A model generated the notes under the pieces. It had not been told where the DNA came from and made no database searches. It saw only the letters and a list, made by a program, of their open reading frames with translations. From sequence record PZ445446.1: a stretch of 64,000 bases of DNA. The stretch is one strand, 5' to 3'. This stretch comes from a phage. Shown piece after piece: positions 56,181-64,000 of the stretch (the stretch's first letter is position 1; the number at the start of each line of letters is the position of its first letter). Made by a program: the position numbers and the translations under genes.

Positions 56181-56761
56181 TAAGCATCTGCGAGATCGGC
56201 CTTACCTTGTACCAAATTGATCCCATCTAGGAACCCAGGTTCAGATACTTCGCAGGCCTTAACCATCAACTTTTTATCCATCGTAACAGGTTTCTTCACA
56301 GTATGCTCTTTACCTGTCTTTTTGTCAAGCTTTTTCTTCTCCTCGAAAGCAAGTTCCTCAGGAAGATGACTACGAGCAAACTTTTTGGCAGTTGTTGGTG
56401 TCACTGTGTGGACCTTAAACAGGCCGTCATTTTCACAATCAGCTAAGGCATCCCAAAGCATAACTTCAAGACCGTAAAACAACCCAGCCAGTTCACGTGT
56501 GGCATCCCCGCGTGATCCAAAGGAAAGCCCTTCCATAACTACAGTGTCAACGCCGTGCGTGTGGATATAATATCTGACCTGTTTGCAGATCCAGTCAATA
56601 CGCTCAGCAGCTGTTGCAAAAGAAACCGTCCCTGGTTTCTTCTCTTTTGCAGATGAGCTTTGAGTTCGTAACACAACCTTATGAACAGGCTTTCCATCGT
56701 CCCATACAACGCAAGCTGTGTGTGTCAACGACTGGTCTATGGATAATAGACGCTCTCTCAT
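56132..56761 (-). CDS. RuvC-like Holliday junction resolvase
   Basis: LLSIDQS (N-terminal Asp motif), VVMEG (Glu), ADLADAYWIG (DAxDAxxI-like C-terminal motif). Confidence 0.5.
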   Translation of the reverse strand: MRERLLSIDQSLTHTACVVWDDGKPVHKVVLRTQSSSAKEKKPGTVSFATAAERIDWICKQVRYYIHTHGVDTVVMEGLSFGSRGDATRELAGLFYGLEVMLWDALADCENDGLFKVHTVTPTTAKKFARSHLPEELAFEEKKKLDKKTGKEHTVKKPVTMDKKLMVKACEVSEPGFLDGINLVQGKADLADAYWIGRAHLEGLSQSVK

Positions 56762-57093
56762 GCTTCCTCATCCTCCTCTCCTTCATCAGGAGCATAAGCC
56801 TTATCTTTGAACAATACGAGAGAGCAAAGCTTAACATCTGTTTCCACACTGGTGAACATGCATAACCGCTCGCCCTCAATCAGCTCACAATCCTCTTTTA
56901 AAACAGCAGACCATACACGGTCATCTGCGTAATCATCCGTGTACAGGATGTATGAAATGGTGTCATCTTCATACAACCGCCACATACCTGTGGCAACAAC
57001 GAATGTATTTTTTGTTTTAAGTGTCCCTGTTGTGTGATCATCCTCAAAAACAGCTTCCATAATTGCGTTATCTACAGAATTTTTAGTCATCAA
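56758..57093 (-). CDS. hypothetical protein
   Basis: ORF track 111 aa; ATGA overlap. Confidence 0.5.
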   Translation of the reverse strand: MMTKNSVDNAIMEAVFEDDHTTGTLKTKNTFVVATGMWRLYEDDTISYILYTDDYADDRVWSAVLKEDCELIEGERLCMFTSVETDVKLCSLVLFKDKAYAPDEGEEDEEA

Positions 57094-58229
57094 ATTGCTC
57101 CAACATTTCTAAGAACGTTAACAAGTTTTGTTTGATCATTGAATGTTCGCTTCATATACAAACAGTCAAAAATTATACTCATCCATTGACCTACGGAAAT
57201 TCTACGATCAATACCATTGAAGTCAGTATACTTAACAACACCTTTCGGGAACCACTTCTTGTACTGATCAATAATAGCCACCCACATCTCCTTTGGAGTG
57301 CTGCACTGAGACAGTAGGTAGAATGCTGAGGCATCTCCGAACTTACCCTTACCGATAAGTCCTTGATACGGCTTGATGTTGTCAGCAGAGTCACCACACA
57401 GCATTTGGTATCCGAAGAACAGCATTCCGTAACCACCAACCTCTCCATTAGGCTTCATGAAGATGTCCCCCATACCGTTATCGATCAGCATAGGGGTTTC
57501 CCTTACAAAATCTCCCTTATCGTTTCGCATGGGATCGAACACAAGCCCCGGTAGTGTTCTTTGGTCCTTATCAATAGAGATAATAAACTTGTTGAACTTA
57601 CCTGTTTTTTGGTAGTGGTTCCAACCTTCAAATTGCTGGATAGCTAACCAGTCATCAGCCTCGATACCGTTGATCACTTGAGCATTATACTGCTTTTGGA
57701 GATACTGTCTTGCATCTCCAAGCAGCAGTGGTCGAAGAGTATTGTTACGGTTGGCTTTGTATCTTTCCGGCATTGGAAGATCTAGTCTGAAGTTACCTGT
57801 GCCTCCCAACACCCCGACACATCGCTCTTCCGGAATACCAAGATAGTTAAGAACTGCATTTGCCTTACATTTTATTGTGTGCAAGCAGTTCTCTACAGGG
57901 TCAGGTGTTTGGATATCCAAGACATCAAAATCTTCACGTGTCCACGGAATAAACTCCTTACCAGACTTTTTACATGCGGCTTCACGGTTGGTATTCTCAG
58001 CTTTTAGCCAACCACCAACGGTGTTCTTCTGCCGCCCCCAGAACTCTGTTCGTGTTTTAAACATCTTCTTACGTCCGGAGGCTTTGTGTGTTACCTCAAT
58101 TGTCCTTTTTTCACAACTTGCTGCAGCTTGATATGCAACCTGATCGAAGTCATAATAAACTATAGCGTCAGGTTCAAGAAGATCAGCCAGACAATCTATG
58201 GACTCAATAAGTGGATATTCTCTACTCAA
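57090..58229 (-). CDS. 5'-3' exonuclease / flap endonuclease (FEN family)
   Basis: YKANR, EADDWLA, SIDKDQ and GDSADNI..GKGKFGDASA (H3TH-like) motifs. Confidence 0.65.
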   Translation of the reverse strand: MSREYPLIESIDCLADLLEPDAIVYYDFDQVAYQAAASCEKRTIEVTHKASGRKKMFKTRTEFWGRQKNTVGGWLKAENTNREAACKKSGKEFIPWTREDFDVLDIQTPDPVENCLHTIKCKANAVLNYLGIPEERCVGVLGGTGNFRLDLPMPERYKANRNNTLRPLLLGDARQYLQKQYNAQVINGIEADDWLAIQQFEGWNHYQKTGKFNKFIISIDKDQRTLPGLVFDPMRNDKGDFVRETPMLIDNGMGDIFMKPNGEVGGYGMLFFGYQMLCGDSADNIKPYQGLIGKGKFGDASAFYLLSQCSTPKEMWVAIIDQYKKWFPKGVVKYTDFNGIDRRISVGQWMSIIFDCLYMKRTFNDQTKLVNVLRNVGAI

Positions 58230-58530
58230 AGACCCTCCTGTTAGTTATTCTGCAAGATGGTTGGATGCTGTAATGGAATGCATCATCACTCTCTGCAATA
58301 AGTGACTCAACATCCCAATACTTTTCAAAAAGGAACGGATTAGACCCCCAGTGGTGGGTTATTTTCATCAAGGAGTCTGGTATCATATAACCACAGATCT
58401 TAATTACATCGCCAGGTTGAATTGTGTTTTCATGAAGGTTGCTTGCCTTCTTCAGAATCATACCTTTATGATTCTCGTTTGCATACAACTGGACAATATC
58501 TTTATCTTCAACAATAAAAATTTTAAGCAT
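58222..58530 (-). CDS. hypothetical protein
   Basis: ORF track 102 aa. Confidence 0.5.
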   Translation of the reverse strand: MLKIFIVEDKDIVQLYANENHKGMILKKASNLHENTIQPGDVIKICGYMIPDSLMKITHHWGSNPFLFEKYWDVESLIAESDDAFHYSIQPSCRITNRRVFE

Positions 58531-58589
58531 ACCTAGTTCTCCTAGTTTATAGATATCTGACCGATAATATCAGATTAATAACACTTTTG

Positions 58590-58883
58590 TCAAGACTTTT
58601 TAGTCTTTCTTGGAGAGCTTTTTGTTGATCTTTTCCTTTTGTGGTAGATTCCAAGTGCAGCGTTTTCTTGGGCGCACGTTTTAACAGTTCTCAGACAAGA
58701 GCTTTCAGCTTTAGGCAGGTTTAACTCCCACCAACCAAGCCAGTAAAGTTCTGATTCAGACAACTGCTCAGATTCAGCCTTCCGATACAAGGCTTGCATA
58801 CCTCTGATGATATCGTCCAGAGGTGTATCGAATACAAAAGCTGTCTTATCGAATTTCTCTTTTACAGATCTCTTAGCCATCAA
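58590..58883 (-). CDS. hypothetical basic protein
   Basis: ORF track 97 aa. Confidence 0.45.
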   Translation of the reverse strand: MMAKRSVKEKFDKTAFVFDTPLDDIIRGMQALYRKAESEQLSESELYWLGWWELNLPKAESSCLRTVKTCAQENAALGIYHKRKRSTKSSPRKTKKS

Positions 58884-59337
58884 GGTAACCCTCTATCCAC
58901 GAAAAGTCAGTCTTCCACTCTGGAACTTTACTAAGCTCACGCCACTCTGCAAAGCAGTCTCGGTAATACGCCTCTGCCATACCTTTGGTGATCTTATTCA
59001 CCTTAGCCAACTGATTAACTGCCTGAGCATACTTTCCACGAATATTTGCTAACCCAGGATGCACCGATGTGTGACAATCTGGGCACAACGCTATCAGTCC
59101 GACAAGCCGGATCACTCCCTCTTCGAAAGTGTAAAGTTCATGACACTCCACTGGGTGTTTGCTGCCTTTACCGCCACACACCTCACAAGTGTAGTTGGCT
59201 TCTCTATAGCACTTCTTGCGGATCTTATCCCACTCACTCTTCTTCACAGCGTTTCGGAGGTTATTATACCAAGCTGTTTCTGGGATCAGTTGCACAATAA
59301 GCCTGCGTTCAGACTTCATTAAACGTCCGTCTTCCAC
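58873..59337 (-). CDS. zinc-binding protein, possibly HNH-like
   Basis: CEVCGG...ECHE...CPDCH cysteine/histidine pattern. Confidence 0.35.
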   Translation of the reverse strand: MEDGRLMKSERRLIVQLIPETAWYNNLRNAVKKSEWDKIRKKCYREANYTCEVCGGKGSKHPVECHELYTFEEGVIRLVGLIALCPDCHTSVHPGLANIRGKYAQAVNQLAKVNKITKGMAEAYYRDCFAEWRELSKVPEWKTDFSWIEGYLDG

Positions 59338-59346
59338 GTATCCCCC

Positions 59347-59553
59347 TTATTCAAAGAAATGGGTGCGAGGGCAGGAACCTGCCTCGCCTTGTTTCACAAG
59401 CTCGTAGAGCTCACCTTGGCTTGTCTCATAAAGGCAAATACGTTTACCATTGTCCCGATACACATCGACAAGATACGCTGTTTCACCTGCAAACACGACA
59501 CCACAGGCCAGACATGCTGCCATGAACAAAATTGCCAACAGAAAATCTTTCAT
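59347..59553 (-). CDS. small putative lipoprotein
   Basis: Signal-peptide-like LLAILFMAACLACG with lipobox-like Cys; directly downstream of endolysin. Confidence 0.4.
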   Translation of the reverse strand: MKDFLLAILFMAACLACGVVFAGETAYLVDVYRDNGKRICLYETSQGELYELVKQGEAGSCPRTHFFE

Positions 59554-59616
59554 GGTTAAACCCTCCTGAACATCTTATGAGGTAACAATACCACGTCCGT
59601 GTGGTCATGTCAATGA

Positions 59617-60087
59617 TCAATCCAGGACAACGCCGCCTGCCTTTTTAAACACCTCGATCAACTTCTCGATCTTCTGTTCATGCTGACCATATCCAGCACC
59701 AGGTAACGAAGCCCAGCGGCTGCGGCATTTATAGATGGCCTGATGAATACGCCCTTCATCAATGTCGGCGAGAGCCTTGCACTCACGGATCAGTTGCAAC
59801 GCAATCTTGTCCTGACTGGCAGGGCCAAAATCTGGTAATCCTAACTGTTTCATGTAGTGTTTAGCAAACTTCTCCAAAACCTGGTAACGACCAGCAGCGG
59901 AGGAGGTAAGTTTAGCATTTAGCTTAACGTAAACACCAGGATGCTTGCTATAATCGCTGAACAGCTTGCCGCCGACTATGACATCGTACCCCCGATCCTT
60001 AGTAGGTTGTCTACCATTATCTGTGCCTTCCGAATATGCGATCATATCCAAGAAAGCTTTTCGTTGAACATTTTTATCAAGTTTCAT
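59617..60087 (-). CDS. lambda R-like endolysin (lytic transglycosylase)
   Basis: QRKAFLDMIAYSEGTDNGRQ...GYDVIVGG...AGRYQ...WASLPGAGYGQ nearly collinear with lambda R. Confidence 0.9.
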   Translation of the reverse strand: MKLDKNVQRKAFLDMIAYSEGTDNGRQPTKDRGYDVIVGGKLFSDYSKHPGVYVKLNAKLTSSAAGRYQVLEKFAKHYMKQLGLPDFGPASQDKIALQLIRECKALADIDEGRIHQAIYKCRSRWASLPGAGYGQHEQKIEKLIEVFKKAGGVVLD

Positions 60088-60211
60088 TTTTCATACTCTC
60101 CAGTTTACTCATAACTAACCAGATCAACAACACTGCATAGTGTGGTTATGTAGGTGCCAATTGAAAAACCATCATTCAATTGGCTACCGTTACCTACTAG
60201 ACCCTCCTACA

Positions 60212-61495
60212 TCATTCCAGAACCTCCCAAGTATCTGGGTTAACATTTCGGACGCAGATACCGACAGGGAATTGGTAGTTGTTGTCTTCTGTCCTTGCTT
60301 GATATTTGAAGGTGACAAACTTGCCGATCATTTCCTGCATCCTGTCATAGCTACGCTCCTCGTGCGTGCCTTTCATCTTCATTTTAACAACAACACCCTC
60401 CTTGTCAACACAGATAAGAACACCTTCATCATTCTTATCTTTCTCAACGTCAATAACTTTCACCTCTGCGTCGTTGAACTTTTTCCATTTCAATGCTTCA
60501 GATGTTCGCTGACCATACTCATACTTACCACAGAAGTTACGCATAATGGTACCTTCATATCCTTCAGACATAAATATACCAACAGACTCTTCGCACCGAT
60601 CAACTGTATATGCAAGCTCTGCATCAACAACCTTAATATGATCAAGCATCAAAGAAGAAATAGCACCATTTGCCTCCATAAGATCCTTACAGCGCCCAGA
60701 CTCTGTTTCAGGATCCCACCACACCTTATCGCTAGGGATATCGAAAATATGATACTCTAAGTCGTAGCTGCAGTACCCTCCGTAACGCAAATCATCACGA
60801 ACAGGCTCAACATCAACAGGAATGTCCATCTTGTTGAAGTTTTTGTATGTTGCTAAACCTGCCTTAATCGCAGCCTGACGTCGTTTTTTATCTGCCTTGT
60901 AGTCTTTATCGATCTCGGCCTGAATTTCTTCCTGTGTGCGCCATCGTTTAGCAAGAGAAACTATTTTCTGCAGAGGCAGACCATGAATATAGAGCTCTCC
61001 GTCGAGCTGTTTAATCCCAGTGGTGAGGTGGAAAGAGCGAAGTTGCTCCAGAAGCTTTCCTTGAATAGGGTAGGACTTATTACCACGGGAAATAAATTTG
61101 GGCTCACCATTCTGGAAAACAACAAGTAGACGAAGGCCATCTAACTTACGCAAGATCCAGCAAGGTAATTTAAGAGCCTTGCCACGCTTCAGGTAGTCAT
61201 GCACCAGCATGGGTAAAAGGTCAACACCCTGCTCGCAATCTTCCATATTCTCAACATACCCCAGACGGACTTGTTTTTCCCACTTGCTAATAGCCTCAAG
61301 CTCGGCCTGTTGCTCAGCGGTAGTCTCGTTGGTACGACCTACGTTCTTAGGCGTGCATACCGTCTCTTTGTATTGCAGTTTACCATCAAGCTTGCCAAAC
61401 TCTACGATAACCTTATCACCATCCGTGAATACTTTCCACTGTTGGTAGCTGCCATCTTTGTTCAGTGCGTACAGTGTTGTTTTGATCTGATGCAT
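60212..61495 (-). CDS. ATP-dependent DNA ligase
   Basis: Nucleotidyltransferase motif I RKLDGLR, motif III LDGELY, motif IV EGTIMR, motif V LKWKK. Confidence 0.65.
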   Translation of the reverse strand: MHQIKTTLYALNKDGSYQQWKVFTDGDKVIVEFGKLDGKLQYKETVCTPKNVGRTNETTAEQQAELEAISKWEKQVRLGYVENMEDCEQGVDLLPMLVHDYLKRGKALKLPCWILRKLDGLRLLVVFQNGEPKFISRGNKSYPIQGKLLEQLRSFHLTTGIKQLDGELYIHGLPLQKIVSLAKRWRTQEEIQAEIDKDYKADKKRRQAAIKAGLATYKNFNKMDIPVDVEPVRDDLRYGGYCSYDLEYHIFDIPSDKVWWDPETESGRCKDLMEANGAISSLMLDHIKVVDAELAYTVDRCEESVGIFMSEGYEGTIMRNFCGKYEYGQRTSEALKWKKFNDAEVKVIDVEKDKNDEGVLICVDKEGVVVKMKMKGTHEERSYDRMQEMIGKFVTFKYQARTEDNNYQFPVGICVRNVNPDTWEVLE

Positions 61496-61764
61496 TACTC
61501 GGCCTCTTCCTTAAAAATGTTAAACATCTCTTCTTTACTCATTACCAACCAGTCTCCCATAAAGTCAACTAACCAATCTCCCTGGTACAAGACCAGGTTA
61601 CCAAACGGCTCGACAAGCTCACACATGCGACGAAGATCTCTGGTACGAACAGGTGACGATGTAAACACACCTGTATCAATCCACCGTTGCAGATCAGATA
61701 CTGATGAAGAGCTTCCGTCAAACTGGTGTGCTTCTACAGGTTTAGCAAGATTAAATAACGGCAC
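61495..61764 (-). CDS. hypothetical protein
   Basis: ORF track 89 aa; overlaps ligase start. Confidence 0.45.
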   Translation of the reverse strand: MPLFNLAKPVEAHQFDGSSSSVSDLQRWIDTGVFTSSPVRTRDLRRMCELVEPFGNLVLYQGDWLVDFMGDWLVMSKEEMFNIFKEEAE

Positions 61765-62089
61765 TGCAGTCCTCCTTATCTAATAGGTCTTTTATCGGGT
61801 AAACAAGCAGGTGTGGATCGTAATAATTTATAGTTTTATTCTGCCACACTATGAACTTAATTACAACTAAATTTACCACATCTTTATCTCCATGTAGTCC
61901 AACACACAGATTTGTCCATATTTTGTGGTTGAATACTTTGCTGTCGATGTAGATCTTAGTGTCAAACTTATCCTCTATCCTGCCTATGAGTTTAACCAAC
62001 TCTTTCATCTGATCCCCAAACACAGCATCGTTTTCAAGATCTCTAGAGTGCTTGTACATAACTATCTTCCTCACTTGCATACTTTCCAC
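61751..62089 (-). CDS. hypothetical protein
   Basis: ORF track 112 aa. Confidence 0.5.
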   Translation of the reverse strand: MESMQVRKIVMYKHSRDLENDAVFGDQMKELVKLIGRIEDKFDTKIYIDSKVFNHKIWTNLCVGLHGDKDVVNLVVIKFIVWQNKTINYYDPHLLVYPIKDLLDKEDCSAVI

Positions 62090-62122
62090 AACAAGTAAAG
62101 CCGGGTAATCCCGGCTATGTTG

Positions 62123-62836
62123 TTAAATATACTCTGTTACATCCTTGAAGCTCGAAGGCTTCATGATCTTACCTTTGCTGTCAAGGAATATGATAACTTT
62201 ATTACCGTTGTAGAATTCTTCCTTAGCAACAAAACCTTCATATCGACCATCAAAGCGTCGCTCAAGATCTTTAATCTCCAACTCGATGAGTTGTTCAGCA
62301 GGCATATCTGCACTGGCACCGTGTGAATACTGTAGATGGTTGACCCGTGCAAACTTGCTGTCATTCGATTTGAGAACCTTACGCATCATCCCGCACACAT
62401 CGCCGCGAAGCTGGAACAGCAAAGCTGTTGACAACTCTGCTAAGCGGTAAGCGGACGCTTTTTGCTTAGAGGTGTTTTTCGCAGCGATCAGTGTATCATA
62501 GAACTCACCGATCTTGAACTTAAGACCCTGTGGATTATCAAACAGGTTTGACCACTTTTCGTGATTATCATTAACAAGATAAGCGGCATAACTTGTGACA
62601 ACGTGAAGATCGCAGGCCTCTTTTAGCAGGTGATCTCCGCCATCACCTTTCTCCAGCTCTTCCAAAACTTCATTGAACTCTTCCTCAATGAAGCTAAGCT
62701 GTAATTCGAATGGTGTGTATGATTTTTTCACTTTAGCTGCCACACGGTTCCAGTTTTCCACCCAGTTGGCAGACCAAAGGTAGTTTTCAGGTTGGGACAG
62801 TTTTTCCAGGTTGTCAATTAATTTGGTATTCAGCAT
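62123..62836 (-). CDS. hypothetical protein with MazG-like NTP pyrophosphohydrolase-type N-terminal motif
   Basis: IEEEFNEVLEELEKGD..D acidic E-x-x-E cluster resembling MazG-like metal site; rest unassigned. Confidence 0.35.
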   Translation of the reverse strand: MLNTKLIDNLEKLSQPENYLWSANWVENWNRVAAKVKKSYTPFELQLSFIEEEFNEVLEELEKGDGGDHLLKEACDLHVVTSYAAYLVNDNHEKWSNLFDNPQGLKFKIGEFYDTLIAAKNTSKQKASAYRLAELSTALLFQLRGDVCGMMRKVLKSNDSKFARVNHLQYSHGASADMPAEQLIELEIKDLERRFDGRYEGFVAKEEFYNGNKVIIFLDSKGKIMKPSSFKDVTEYI

Positions 62837-62849
62837 TAAAGGTCTCCTT

Positions 62850-63611
62850 TTAAAGTTCCATAAAGTTTTCTACGGTCTCAATGAATGTTTTATCAGAGAA
62901 AGCATCAACCGCCCCGTTAAACCAAACTGGGATGCCGCGATCCTCATATTGGTAAATATCACTACGTGAAATACCATTCTCCCCTAGCTGCTGTGAGTCG
63001 TATTTGTTAACGATCAGCAGTTTGGTTCCCTTATTGCAGGCAGGGAATAGCTCCCAGTTAAAATTGATAACTGTGTTGGAACACCCTACAAGGATAACCA
63101 TATCATTACTCGTAAGAGAAGTCAACAGGTCATACATGTCTGTATACTTCGGAGCTACTTCTCCGAAGAACACCACATTAGGTTTAACCCAGGTATACTT
63201 TCCTGCATCTACCTCAGAGTATCCAATGTCCTTAATGACGTCACTTCCTTCATCGTCCTCATAGACTATTTCTGGCAAATACCCGTGAACATGTAAAATA
63301 TCTTCATGTTTTACACCAGCACGCTCCAGCAAATCATCTACATTGGTGGTAAGGTTGATCACACGACCAGACCAGCGGGAATACCACTCAGCGATCCGAA
63401 GATGTGCAAGGTTAGGCTCAACACCGCCTAGAGCTACACGACGTGCATTGTAAAAGTCATGCACCTTGTAGTAGTTCTTGGCAAAGGTGTGGATGTTGCA
63501 CACCTCATCGATGCTGAAATTCTCCCACATTGCAGTGCTACCAGATCGGAAAGTGGGAATACCAGATTCAGCGCTCAAACCAGCACCGGAGATAATAATC
63601 AGTCGTCGCAT
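62850..63611 (-). CDS. Sir2-family (sirtuin-like) protein
   Basis: GAGLSAESGIPTFR NAD-binding signature, TTNVDDL, catalytic-like HVHG; no obvious Zn-binding Cys tetrad. Confidence 0.75.
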   Translation of the reverse strand: MRRLIIISGAGLSAESGIPTFRSGSTAMWENFSIDEVCNIHTFAKNYYKVHDFYNARRVALGGVEPNLAHLRIAEWYSRWSGRVINLTTNVDDLLERAGVKHEDILHVHGYLPEIVYEDDEGSDVIKDIGYSEVDAGKYTWVKPNVVFFGEVAPKYTDMYDLLTSLTSNDMVILVGCSNTVINFNWELFPACNKGTKLLIVNKYDSQQLGENGISRSDIYQYEDRGIPVWFNGAVDAFSDKTFIETVENFMEL

Positions 63612-63619
63612 AAGTGTCC

Positions 63620-63970
63620 TCAGTAGATGTTTTGTTTAATCTCTATTCCAAACTTTTTAAACGAGTCAGCTGCAAGCATGAATTTACGAGCCGCTGATGG
63701 GTTAGAAGTATGCACGAAAATCTTCACGTTGTCAACTACAGGGGGCTTACCAAATACAAATTTTTCCTCCAACATAGATAGGCAATCGTACCCTTCGAAC
63801 ACCTCTCCAAGGTCGTTGTCCATGTGCCACTCAGAAACGCGTCTGTAGAGCTTTCCCCTATCGTTAATAAAATCTATAAACTCGGAGGAATTCTTTAGCC
63901 AAATAGCGTCTGGGAGCCCATAATTTGACGGATCTCTCAAGTCATCCAGCCACACAATCAACTTCTTCAT
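63620..63970 (-). CDS. hypothetical protein
   Basis: ORF track 116 aa. Confidence 0.5.
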   Translation of the reverse strand: MKKLIVWLDDLRDPSNYGLPDAIWLKNSSEFIDFINDRGKLYRRVSEWHMDNDLGEVFEGYDCLSMLEEKFVFGKPPVVDNVKIFVHTSNPSAARKFMLAADSFKKFGIEIKQNIY

Positions 63971-64000
63971 TGCATATAGTTCTCGTTGTGGAAATAGTAA

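Noticed and set aside
1-64000. T7-type single-subunit RNA polymerase promoters
   Set aside because: Despite a T7-like replisome, no TAATACGACTCACTATA-like 23-bp consensus was seen; promoters found resemble host sigma70 sites.

Overview
This window reads as a dense slice of a large virulent dsDNA bacteriophage genome; I cannot name the phage, and all calls are by eye from motifs in the supplied translations (no searches were run). Plus-strand genes (1-25.5 kb) and minus-strand genes (28-64 kb) converge on a repeat-rich non-coding zone at about 25.6-28 kb. The plus-strand left part carries a T7-like replisome: gp4-like primase-helicase, gp5-like family A DNA polymerase with large insertions, an SSB-like protein ending in the E. 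coli SSB tip DDDIPF, plus a C5-cytosine methyltransferase and a macro-domain protein. From 15.5 to 25.5 kb lies a more GC-rich block of about 25 small genes, each a single-gene unit with a sigma70-like promoter, a GC hairpin in the 5' leader and a conserved AAAGAGGAnAAnATCATG leader. The minus strand carries nucleotide metabolism (NrdAB, NrdDG, glutaredoxin, ThyX-like, dNMP kinase-like, HAD nucleotidase), DNA repair and recombination (FEN-type 5'-3' exonuclease, RuvC-like and endonuclease VII-like resolvases, DEDD exonuclease, ATP-dependent ligase), a lambda R-like endolysin, PhoH, a ClpP-like protease and two N6-adenine-type methyltransferases. It also carries a Sir2-like protein next to a MazG-like ORF, and a 10-kb array of small, mostly acidic, translationally coupled ORFs with several paralog families and an embedded ribosome hibernation factor (HPF/RaiA) homolog. 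I could not single out one 'undescribed system'; the strongest candidates are the HPF-containing small-ORF array, the Sir2/MazG-like/macro trio, and the repeated cis elements. No tRNA, rRNA, CRISPR array, integrase or transposase was recognised. Start codons of many small ORFs are uncertain.
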